Source of the DNA: the human T2T-CHM13v2.0 reference genome, Homo sapiens
Length of the DNA: 64,000 bases
Strand: one strand, 5' to 3'
Assembly: GCF_009914755.1 (NCBI RefSeq)
Contig: NC_060928.1
Below, piece after piece: positions 1 to 14,500 of the stretch (positions are counted from its first letter, which is position 1; the number at the start of each line of letters is the position of its first letter). The notes beneath the pieces are model-generated. The model searched no databases and was not told the DNA's origin. It saw only the letters and a program-made list of their open reading frames with translations. Made by a program: the position numbers and the translations under genes.

Positions 1-1730
1 AGATGTTCAACCTGTGTTTGGTGAAAAAAAAAAAAGAATTGAATGAAGAGATAATCATTAACGTCAGTTTTAGTAAGACATAATGAGGTTTAGGAAGGTC
101 ATGGATACTTGTCTATAGTAAAATTTGAACCAGGTTCAAAGGGAATCTTCTTATATAAATTGATGAGGAAGTAGAAGGTGTTTAAGTGAGAAGCAACAGC
201 ATGTGTTAAGCACATTGGTGAGAGAAACTTAACTGTCAAGTACAGCTAATAATGGTCTGGCTAATAATGGTCTGGCAATACAAATATGGTTTGAGTTGGT
301 GATTATTTTTAATTTTCAATTTAAAAAATAATTGATACATACAAAATAATGTGACACATAAACAAGTTATAAAGCATGAGAATAAAAACACCCCTGCACC
401 TACCAACAGTTTAATAACTAAACAGAACCAACACAGAAGCCTTCTGTCTTCCTCCCACAGTGCCCTCTTGCTCACTGCCCAGAGGTCCCACTACCCTGAC
501 TTTTGTGTTCACCGTTTGCTTGCATTGATTTCTAATTTATCCACAAATCTAGTATCCTTAAATACTTTATAGTTTTTTTAAATTTTAGATAAATCTTAAC
601 ATATTTGATCTTGGGCAAATGTCTTTTTTACTGAAAAATTATATTTGTCAATTTAATCTATACTCTATATAGTCCACTATTTTCACTGCTGTATTATAAC
701 ACCATTGGATTAACATAGCATGAATTTTTGTCCATTTTGCTGTTGAAAGATGTGTGTTATTTCCAATCGTGTATTATTGCAAAAATGCTTCTATTAACAT
801 CATTTTCTAGGTTACGCAGTAGAAATGTATACAAGAGTAAAAATGCTGGGTCAAAGACACGGTTTCTCCAACTTTACTAGATATTGCCAAAATTTTCCAA
901 AGGGATTGTATGATATTGCCACCCCTTTGTATAAGAGTTCTGACCGCTCTACATCTTCACCATCATTTAGTAATATAAACTTTATATTTTTTGCCACCTG
1001 TGAGTATAAAATCACTGTGGTCTTAACTTGCCTTTCCTCCACTAATAGTTTGAGTTATAGCATTATAATTAGTTCTCATATCTGAGGGAGCAATTTATTC
1101 CCACACTGTTCTCCTTGTTTATCTTCAGAAATGTGTTGTCTATTTTTGGCCCTTGGTTACTCTACATAAGTTTTAGAATCAGTTTGCCAAGCTTCACAAA
1201 AAGTTCTGCTGGAATTTCCATTGGAAGTGTATTTAATTTGTAGCTGAGGAGTGATTCAGAAATGCAGGTTTCTTCCATCTTAGGGCTGTGTCAACTTCCA
1301 ATTGGCTATGTTCATTAACAAGCCAGAAAGAGTGCATAAAGATCAGCTGCAAACAATTTTTACAGTTCAGGTCTGATAGTGGTAAACATCACTTTTGCTC
1401 ACATTTCACTATCTAGAACTATGCCACAAGGTCACAACTAACCAGAAAGAAGTCTGAGATATACTGTCTAGCTCTGTAACCAGAAGAGATAAAAAGCCAT
1501 ATTACCTATTAATTTAGGTCTTTTAAACATCTTTCCATAAATTTTTACGTTTCTCAATAAAGCTTTTATACACTTTTGTTAGAGTTAGCTCTAGATACAT
1601 ATTTCCGTGCTTTTTGTAAATGGCATTTTTATGCCTATGTATCAACTATGTTTCTGGTATTTAAAAATACACTAAGTTATTGTATTATTAATCTTACATC
1701 CACAACTATACTAAACTCTCTATTTGAATC

Positions 1731-2987
<1,257 letters not shown>

Positions 2988-4336
2988 TCTTGTTACATTT
3001 GGGATTTCCATAGATTTAATCATATCACCTGGAAGGTTTTATTGTTCACTTTTCAATCCATCTTTTAATTTTATTCATAGTTTTCTGCATTGGGACCTCC
3101 TGTAAAATACCAAATAGAAGTACTTATACCACTGACTTTTGAGAGTTAGTGGTATACTTCCAATGTCTCATAATTATGTACAGTGTTTGCCCTAAATTTT
3201 CTAAGGTATCATTCATTAGGTTAATAAAATTTTTTTCTTATTAATACACTAAGATAAAATATCTTAGCAAACTAAGCACTGAATGTAGAAATACGTTAAA
3301 ATTCTCTCAGCGTCTATTAAGGTAGTTATATAATGTTTTTCTCATTTAATCTGGTAAAGTGGCGATTTAGTAAAATTTTTAAGACTTCACTTTTTTAGAG
3401 CAATCAGTGAAACTGAAAGGAATGACACAGAGATTTCCTATATAATTCCTGCTCCCATATATAAATAGCTTTCCCCATTATCAACATCCCTCGCCAGAGA
3501 GAAGCACTTGTTACAATCAAGGAACCTATATTGATACATCATGAACACCCAAAGTCCACCTGTTACATAAAGATTCACTCTTAGTGATGCATATTTTATG
3601 GATTTGGACACATGTATATGGACAGGTATCCACCGCTGCAGTATCATACAGAGTATTTTCACTGCCCTAAAAATCCTCTGTGTCCTGCCTATTCATTTCT
3701 ACTCCCCTGCCCCAAACCCCACCAACCACTAATCTTTTTGCTGTCTCCAATAGTTTTGCCTTTTACAAAATGTCATTTAGTTGGAATAATGAAGTATGTA
3801 AGCTTTGTGGATTGGCTTTTTTCACTTAATAATATGCATTTTGTTTTTTCGCATCTTTTCGCGGCTTGATAACTCATTTCTTTTTAGCACTGAAAAATAC
3901 TCCATTGTCTGGATTTAGCACTGTTTACCCATTCACCTACTGACGGATACTGTGGCTGCTTCCAAGTTTTGGCAGTTATGACTAAAGCTGCTATAAACTT
4001 CTGTGTATAGTTTTTTGTGTAAACAGAAGTTTTCAACTGCTTTCCATGAATATCAAGAAACGTGATTGTTGGATCATATGGTAAAGGTATGAGTCGTTAT
4101 GCAAGAAACTTCCAAACTGCCTGTCAAAGTGGCTGAACCATTTGCATTCCTATCAGCGTTTGGTGTTGCCATTGTTCTAGAATTTAGCCACTCTAATAGG
4201 TGTGTAGTGGTATCTCATTGCTTTGATTTGCAATTCCCGAAAGACTCATGATTTTGAACATCTTTCATATGCTTATTTGAGATCTGTATATCTTCTGTGG
4301 TGAGGTGTCTCTTCAGGTCTTTTGCCCATTATTTAA

Positions 4337-4807
<471 letters not shown>

Positions 4808-5373
4808 TAATTTTAATGAAGTCCAGTTTATCAATTATTTCTCTCATGGATCTTGCCTTTGGTGTTGTATCTAAAAAGTCATTGCCATATTCATAGTCCT
4901 CTAGATTTCCTCCTATGTTATCTTCTAGGAGTTTTATTGTTTTGCATTATACATTTAGGTCTTTGATCCATTTTGAGTTAATTTTCATGAAGGGTACATG
5001 GTCTGTATCTAGATTTACTTTTTAGCGTCTGGATGTCGCATTGTTCCAGCAGTATTTGCTGAAAAGACTATCTTTGCTCCATGTATTGCTTTGCTTATTT
5101 GTCAAACATCAATTGACTATGTTTACATGGATCTATTTCTGGGCTCTATATTTTGTTCCATTGATCTATTTGTCTTTCCTTTTGTCAATTCCACACTGTC
5201 TTCAGTATGGTAGCTTTATAGTATGTCTTGACATTGGGAAGTGTCAGTCCTCCAACTTTGTTTTCCTTCAATGTTACATTGGCTATTCTGGGTCTCTTGC
5301 CTCCATATATAAATTTTAGAATGAGTTTCTCACTGTACACAAAATAACCTGCTGAGATTTTGATTGAAACTGA

Positions 5374-5637
<264 letters not shown>

Positions 5638-5692
5638 CAAATTGAATTGAATTTATAGATCAAGTTGGGAAGAACTGATATCTTACGGATAC

Positions 5693-6113
5693 TGTTAAAG
5701 AGAACTAAATATGGCCTGAGAAGGACTCCATATTTCTATATTTGAGTCCTTGTGGATGAACTGCAACCTAACCTAGTAGGTAGACAAGATTGAAAACCTA
5801 ACTTAGGAGTATGCACTTGTAACAACAGCTGAGTCTTAGTCAATCCCAGAAGCCATACTTCAACTACTCATACGCTGCTGAATGTTCAAACTGTGTTCAA
5901 ATAAGGAAGACCTGTAACCAATCCAGCTGTTTCTACACCTTCCGATTTCTGTACGTCACTTCCCTTTTTTTGTCTGTACATTTGTTCTGACCATGAGGCA
6001 CCCCGGGAGTCTCCCTGAATCTGCTGTGATTCTGGGGCTGCCCAATTCATGAATCACTCATTGATCAGTTAAATTCCTTTACATTTAATTCAGCTGAAGT
6101 TTTTCTTTGAACA
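5693..6113 (+). mobile_element. Solo ERV1-class LTR (MER57-like)
   Basis: TG...CA termini (tgttaaag...ttgaaca), exact 4-bp TSD atac at 5689-5692 and 6114-6117; L1 sequence resumes across it; family name is from recall. Confidence 0.8.
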
Positions 6114-9096
6114 ATACTGAGTCTTTCAATCGATGAACATGGAATACTCTCCATTTTAGTTTTTTTTCATTTCTTTCATCAAAATTTTGTAGTTTTCCTC
6201 ATAGATCTTACATATATTTTGTTATATTTAAACCTATTTCATTTTTGTGAGTACTAATGCAAATGGTATAGTGTTTTTAACTTCAAATTCTACTTGTTCA
6301 TTGCTAGTATATAGGAAAGTGATTGATTTTTGCATGTTAGCCTTGTATCCTGCAACCTTGCTGTAAGTGCTTTTTAGTTCCATGAAATTTGTTGTTGTTG
6401 TTGATTCTTTAAGATTTTCTACATAGATAATCATATCATTTGTGAGCAAAGACTTTTATTTCTTTCTTCCAAATCCATATGCCCTGTATTTCCTTGTCTT
6501 GCTGCATTAACTAGGACTTCCAGTGTGATATTGAAAAGGAGTGGTAAGAGAAGACATCTTTGCCTTATTCCTGATCTTAGTGGAAAAGTTTCTGGTTTCT
6601 CACCATTAAGTATGATGTGAGCTGTAGGCTTTTTGTAGATATTCTTTATCATGTCGAGAAAGTTCTCCTCTGTTCCTAGTTTACTGAGAGTTTTTATCAT
6701 GGATGAGTATTTGACTTTGTCAAATGGCTTTTCTGCATTTATTGATATGATAATATAATGCTTTTTTTTCAGCCTGCTGGTGTAATGGATTATATTCATT
6801 GATTTTCAAATATTGAACCAGTCTTGAATACCTGGAATAAATTTTACTTGGTTGTGGTATATAATCCTTTGTATACATTGTTGGATTCTGTTTGCCAATA
6901 TTTTGCTGGGAGCTTCTGCATCTATATTCATGGGAGATATTGGTCTGTAGTTTTTTATTTTTTTTCCTGGAATGTCTATGTCTGCTTTTGGTATTAGAGT
7001 AATAATGGCCTCATAAAATCAGTTATGGAGTATTCCTTCTGCTTTATCTTCTGAAAGACATGGTAGAGAATCAGTATAATTTCTTATGTAAATGTTGACT
7101 GGAATTCACCAATAAACCCATCTAAGCCTGGTTCTTTGTGCTCTAGAAGGTTATTAATTATTGATTTAACTTCTTTAATAGATATAGGCCTATTCAGATT
7201 GCCTATTCCTCTTGTGTGACTTTTGACAGATTGTGTCTTTCAAGGAATTAGTCCATTTCATCTAGATTATCAAATTTGTAGACACAGAGCTCTTCACAGT
7301 TCACAGTATTCTTTTATTATTAACTTAATATCCATGGAATATGTAGAATCCATATCCATGAAATATATGGAATTCATGTGCCCTCTTTCATTTCTGATAT
7401 TAGTAATTTATATCTTCACTCTTTCACTCTTTTTTTTTCTTAGTTAATCTGGATAGAGACATTGATTTTATTGATCTTTTCAAATAACTTTTGGTTTCAT
7501 TCATTCTTATATGCTAAGCAACATGCTAAGTTCAACAGTAAACACCCTAGCATAGTTTGCCATTATAGGGCTATCAGTATAGACAGGCAGATAGATGACA
7601 GGCAATAATATCAACGTTTAATATGTCTTGTATTATATTTTCTTATACTCAATATAAGTAAGATTAAGTTGCTCTGTTAACACATCCTGTGCAAAAGCAT
7701 GTGGGCAGGCTCTGAATTTTAGCTGAGGTGCATTACTCACATGAGTTAATACATTCATATAGGACATTTATTGATGAGCAGCAGCTGAGATTTATTGGAT
7801 TATTATTTGTTAGAGTAAAACCAAGTTTTCTCCTGAAGAATTGCAAAAAAGGCTAGCTATTATATAAATGCTGCATAGGTTGAGAACAAAGTGGGCTTTC
7901 TTTTAAATTCTTTAAGTATTGTCATAATCTTAATATTGTTATTGATTCATTCACTACAACCAGAAGAAAGGTTCTTAACCTTCATCAGCTCTTCTTGGCC
8001 TGAAAAGTGCAGTAAGATATAGGAAACTCTGGGATGGGCAGGAAAGATATAATGATGTGAGAGTTTCCATGATCCTTTAGTTCTTTAATCTCCACTCAGT
8101 GTGATTTCTGATAAAAACAGCTCGAACCCAGGTGAGATTCATTTTGGAAAAAATCAGGCTGACAATCTCAATCATGACTAAGGAATAAGAGTAGAATGAG
8201 GTCTTAATCCCTCACCACAAACTCATCATCTATAATTATTAAGAAAGGACACACCATTACAGACTCCAAAGACACACTTCCAAACCCAGACTTTTCTCCT
8301 CTTATTTAGGCCTTTTTTTTCCTGGGCTTTCCCTGGTTTTCCTCTGCTGAAAAAACAAACAGACCAGCAAACTTTCCCTTACTTGCCTCCCTTAGGTATC
8401 TGACCCCTCATAGATATTGCCAAGAATTGATGAAGGAGGATGAAAATGCCACTTATAGGAATTTGCAGAATGAGACCAAAGTCATTCTTATAAGACATTG
8501 TGTCCAAAACTGGACTGCCCACAGTGTCCATCACCCAGATGGAAGTCCTGTTGTACTGCCACAGGGCGCACCCCACCCTAGGCCACCCTTTCCAGACTCC
8601 ATCCCACTGCAGTCCGCTCAGAAGCCTCAGCTAAAACAGCTCTGGCTGGGCTGCCAGCCCAATCAGTTCCCATTTTTGCTACTTGATGAAACTTGCTTAA
8701 TGTCCCAGTATATGATCAAATTTTGTTAATGTGTATTCTCCACCTATTGGGAACAATATTCTACAAGCCCATTAGATGAAGTGTATTATTTGTGTTTTAT
8801 ACATCTTCTAAAGCTTTAGTGATTTTGGATCTAAATGTTCTACCAGTTCCTGAGGAACATATATTAAAATTTCTGCAATTGCTCATATGTCCTTATCTGC
8901 CAAATTCCTATTATTTTTATTTTTGAAGAATTTTATTAGGTAAATAGAATATTAGGATTTTCATATCACTTTGGTGAAATTGGCCTTTCATGATCATGTG
9001 GTAACCCCATTTATCTCTAGGAATTCCACCCTTTTAATTCTAACCTTTGTGCATCCTCATATTTTAAGCATATCTCCTGTAAACATCACATAGGTG

Positions 9097-9404
<308 letters not shown>

Positions 9405-10084
9405 AATTTTTATTTTTTAAATGTATTTGACAATAGTTTTTTGCCTGAAGAGTTAAGTCCATTTACATATACTGGATCTCTTTTCTGTTTCCTTAATTTA
9501 TGCTTTCTCTTTGATTATTTTTGGATTTTCTGTTTCCTTTGCGGCCTTCTTTTAAAATAACATTTTCTCAAAAAAAGAATTTGATCCTTCTATTTTAATT
9601 CCCATTATACCCACTCTCAGTTTGCATGCTACTGTTGTTCAGTTATTTCACCTTTTTTACATTTTAATATTATCTATTGGAATAATTATTACTTTATGCC
9701 ATAATTTTTTAACATGGTAACATGTTTACCATTTCTTTGTGGTCACCACTCCTTGTGGCATATCAGATCCTTCATCAGGGATCATTTTTCTTCTCTCTTA
9801 AGCATATCCTTTGTATGTAGAAGTAAACACCCTTTATCTTTGTCTGAAAATGTCTTTCTTTCACCCTTTCTGAAAGACAGTTTCCCTGGACATGGAGTTT
9901 TTCATTTACTTTTTTTCAGAACTTTAAATTCTACTGCATTCTAGCTTCTATTGTTGCTGTTGAGGTGTCAGCTGAAAGCTTAATTTTTATTCCTTTATAT
10001 ATAAACTATCTTTTCTCCTTGGGATAACTCTTAAGACTTTATGTTTGTTTTTGTTTTGTACTTTCACTACTACAATAGCAAACA

Positions 10085-10560
10085 TCTGTGATATCCTTTT
10101 GCTATTCTGAAGCGTCTCATCCCACAATGAATTAGAGCAGGCCCTGTGTAGCCAACAGAATACACTGCAAGTGCTAGTGTGTGACTTTCAAGAGCAGGTC
10201 TTCCAAAAGCTTTGTAGCTTTTTCATTGTCTTTTGGATGACCCACCCAGAGGGAAGCCAGCTGCCATGAGTTATTCAATCAGTCCCAGGAAGAGGCCCAC
10301 CTGGAGAAGAATTAAGGCACCCAACTAACAGCCAGCATCAGCTTGCAGCACATGAGGGAGTCACCTTGGATTCGGTTCCTCTAGTCTAATGGGTCTCTGA
10401 GCCTCCAGGTGACTGCAGCCCCCGACACCATCTGACTGTAACTTCCCGAGAGACCTCAAGCAAAATCACTTCCAAATTCCTGACCCACAGAAACCTGAGA
10501 TCATAAATGATTATTGTTGTTTTAAGCCATTATATTTTGGAGTGGTTTGTTATGTAAAAT
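10085..10560 (+). mobile_element. MaLR LTR (MLT1-like)
   Basis: Typical 3' end: cctgacccacagaaac...ataaatgattattgttgttttaagccattatattttggagtggtttgttat; ends approximate. Confidence 0.7.
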
Positions 10561-10849
10561 GGGAACTTTGTTTATCCCAGTTTAGAATTGTGGGGGTCCC
10601 TTTACCTGATGATTGGTGTCATTTTTAATTTCTGGAAATTTTTTAGTTTCTATTTCTTAAATATTGCTTTTCCCACATTCTCTATATGATTTTTGTCTAC
10701 GACTCCACTCTATTCTCCAACTCTTTTCATTTCTCTTTCTTATGTTCCATGTTTTTATGTCTCTATTCTATGTAAATTACTTAAATGTATCTTTCAGTTC
10801 ACAGATTTTTTTCTTTGTTGGGTCAATCATATGCTATTTAACCTTTATG

Positions 10850-11580
10850 CTACAATTTTTTAAATTGATTTATAAGAAATAAAATCCATATATTTTTGGT
10901 GTACAGTTCATTGAATTTTAGTGCATATTATACTGATGTAGCTGCAACCACTATACTGTCAAGATAGAGGCATTCCCGTTATTTCAAAAAATTCCCTCAA
11001 GCTCCTTTCCAGTCAAATGTTTTTCTCAGAGACGACCATTGTATTTATGTCTGCCACCTGTTCCAGAACTTTGATACAAGGAATCATGCAGAAGATACTC
11101 TTCTGTGTGTGGCTTCCTTTGATTGTCAGTTTAAAAAATGCATTCATGTTGTTCCTTTTTATTGGTGAGCAGCATTCCATTGCTGAGTAGACTACTATAT
11201 GTTTATACATTCAGTTGATGATGGGTATTTTGGCTGTTTCGAATTTGGGGGCTATTAGGAATAAAGTTGTTATAAAATTTGTGGCCAAGATATTTGAAGA
11301 CATGATTTCAGTTTACCTGGGTAAATACCAAAAAAGTGGAATTTCTTGTCACGGAATAGGTATACGTTTGACTCAATGAAAAACTGACTAGCTATTCTTT
11401 GAAATGGTTTACAAATTTCTTTTTCTACTAGAAATGTAGGGGAACAGCCTCACTAAAACTTGGTATTATAAATCTTTTTAAGTAGGTATGAAATGGTAAA
11501 TCTGTGGTTTTAATCTGCATTTCCTTGATGCCTACTGACGTGACTTACTGACGATTTCTATATTTTCTTTTGTGAAGTGT
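10850..11580 (-). mobile_element. Old L1M 3' fragment; continues at about 17140-18230 beyond the L1PA insertion
   Basis: Degenerate L1 3'UTR/ORF2 motifs on both sides of the L1PA, separated by its TSD. Confidence 0.65.
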
Positions 11581-11589
11581 TTTTTTTAA

Positions 11590-14500
11590 TAGATACACTT
11601 TAAGTTCTGGGATACATGTGCAGAATGTGCAAGTTTGTTACATAGGTATACACGTGCCATGGTAGTTTGCTGCACCCATCAACCTGTCATCTACATTAGG
11701 TATTTCTCCTAATGCTATCCCTCTCCCAGACCCCCCAGCCGCCAACAGGCCCCGGTGTGTGATGTTCCCCTCCCTGGGTCCATGTGCTCTCATCGTTCTA
11801 CTCCCACTTAGAGGGAGAACATGCAGTGTTTGGTTTTCTGTTCCTGTGTTAATTTGCTGAGAATGACGGTTTCCAGCTTCATCCATGTCCCTGCAAAAGA
11901 CATGAACTCATCCATTTTTATGGCTGCATAGTATTCCATGGTGTATATGTGCCACATTTTCTTTATCTAGTCTATCACTGATGGGCATTTGAATTGGTTC
12001 CAACCCTTGCTATTGTGAATACTGCTGCAATAAACATACATGTGCATGTGTCTTTATAGTAGAACGATTTATAATACTTTGGGTATATACCCAGTAATGG
12101 GATTGCTGGGTCAAATAGTATTTCTGGTTCTAGATCCTTGAGGAATCGCCATACTGTCTTCCACAATGGTTGAACTAATTTACACTCCCATCAACAGTGT
12201 AAAAGCATCCCTATTTCTCCATATTCTCTCCATCATCTGTTATTTCCAGACTTCTTAATGATTGCCCTTCTAACTGGCGTGAGCTGGTATCTCATTGTGG
12301 TTTTGATTTGCATTTCCCTAATGACCAGTGATGATGAGCTTTCTTTCATATGTTTTTTGCACACATAAATGTCTTCTTTTGAGAAGCGTCTGTTCCTCTC
12401 CTTTGCCCACTTTTTGATGGTTTTTTTTTCTTGTAAATTTTTTTAAGTTTCTTGTAGATTCTGGATATTAGCCCTTTGTCAGATGGGTAGATTGCAAAAA
12501 TTTTCTCCCATTCTGTAGGTTGCCTGTTCACTCTGATGACAGTTTGTTTTGCTGTGCAGAAGCTCCTTAGTTAAATTAGATCCCATTTGTCAATTTTGGC
12601 TTTGGTTGCCATTGCTTTTGGTGTTTTAGTCACAAAGTCTTTGCCCATGCCTATGCCCTGAATGGTACCGCCTAGGTTTCCTTCTAGGGTTTTTATGGTT
12701 TTAGGCCTTACATTTAAGTCTTTATCTTGAGTTAATTTTTGTATAAGATGTAAGGAAGGGGTCCAGTTTCAGTTTTCTGCATATGACTAGCCAGTTTTTC
12801 CCGACACCATTTATTGATTAGGGAATCCTTTCCCCATTGCTTGTTTTTGTCAGGTTTGTCAAAGATCAGATGGTTGTAGACGTGTGGCATTATTTCTGAG
12901 GCCTCTGTTCATTTCCATTGGTCTATATATCTGTTTTGGGACCAGTACCATGCTGTTTTGGTTACTGCAGTCTTGCAGAATAGTTTGAAGTCAGGTAGCA
13001 TGATGCCTCCAGCTTTGTTCTTTTTGATTAGAAATGTCTTGGCTATACAGGCTCTTTTTTGGTTCCATATGAACTTTAAAGTAATTTTTTCTAATTCTGT
13101 GAAGAAAGTCAGTGGTAGCTTGATGGGGATAGCATTGAATCTATAAATGATTCTTCCTATCCATGAGCATGGAATGTTTTTCTATTCGTTTGTGTCCTCT
13201 CTTATTTCCTTGAGCAGTGGTTTGTAGTCCTCCTTGAAGAGGTCCTTCACATCCCTTGTAAGTTGTATTCCTAGGTTTTTTATTCTCTTTGTAGCAATTG
13301 TGAAAAGGAGTTCACTCATGATTCAGCTCTCTGTGTATTACTGGTGTATAAGAATGCTTCTAATTTTGACACATAGATTTTGTATCCTGAGACTTTGCTG
13401 AAGTTGCTTATCAGCTTTAGGAGATTTTGGGCTGAGATGATGGGGTTTTCTAAATATACAATCATGTCATCTGCAAACAGAGACAATTTGACTTCCTTTC
13501 TTCCTATTTGAATATGCTTTATTTCTTTCTCTTGGCTGATTGCCCTGGCCAGAACTTCCAATACTATGTTGAATAGGAGTGGTGACAGAAGGCATCCTTG
13601 TCTTCTGCTGGTTTTCAAAGGGAATGCTTCCAGCTTTTGTCCATTCAGTATGATATAGGCTGTGGGTTTGTCATAAATAGCTGTTATTATTTTGAGATAC
13701 GTTCCATTAATGCCTAGTTTATTGAGAGTTTTTAGCATAAAGGGGTGTTGAATTTTATCAAAGGCCTTTTCTGCATCTATTGAGATAATCATGTGGTTTT
13801 TGTCATTCATTCTCTTTATCTAATGAATTACATTTATTTATTTGCATATGTTGAGCCAGCCTTGCATCCCAGGGATGAAGCTGACTTGATCGTGGTGGAT
13901 AAACTTTTTTATGTGCTGCTGGATTCGGTTTGCCAGTACCTTATTGAAGATTTTCACATCGATGTTCATCAGGGATATTAGCCTGAAATTTTCTGTTTTT
14001 GTTGTGTCTCTGCTAGACTTTGGTATCAGGATGATGCTGGCCTCATAAAATGAGTTAGGGAGGAGTTCCTCTTTTTCTATTGTTTGGAATAGTTTCAGAA
14101 GGAGTGGTACCAGCTCCTCTTTGTACCTCTGTTAGAATTCGGCTGTGAATCCATCTGGTCTTGGGCTTTTTTTTGTTGGTAGGCTATTAATTACTGCCTC
14201 AATTTCAGAACTTGTTATTCATCTATTCAGGGATTCGACTTCTTCCCGGTTTAGCCTTGGGAGGGTGTATGTGTCCAATAATTTATCCACTGCTAGATTT
14301 TCTAGTTTATTTGCGTAGAAGTGTTTATAGCATTCTCTGATGGTAGTTTGTATTTCTGTGGGATCAGGGGTGATATCCCCTTTATCATTTTTTACTGTGT
14401 CTATTGGATTCTTCTCTCTTTTCTTCTTTATTAGTCTGGCTAGTGGTCTATTTTGTAAATCTTTTCAAGAAACCAGCTCCTAGATTCATTGATTTTTTGA

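Noticed and set aside
245-276. 15-bp tandem duplication gctaataatggtctg x2 (similar small duplications near 7328 and 61253)
   Set aside because: Two-copy slippage events with no spacers; not a CRISPR-like array and no sign of function
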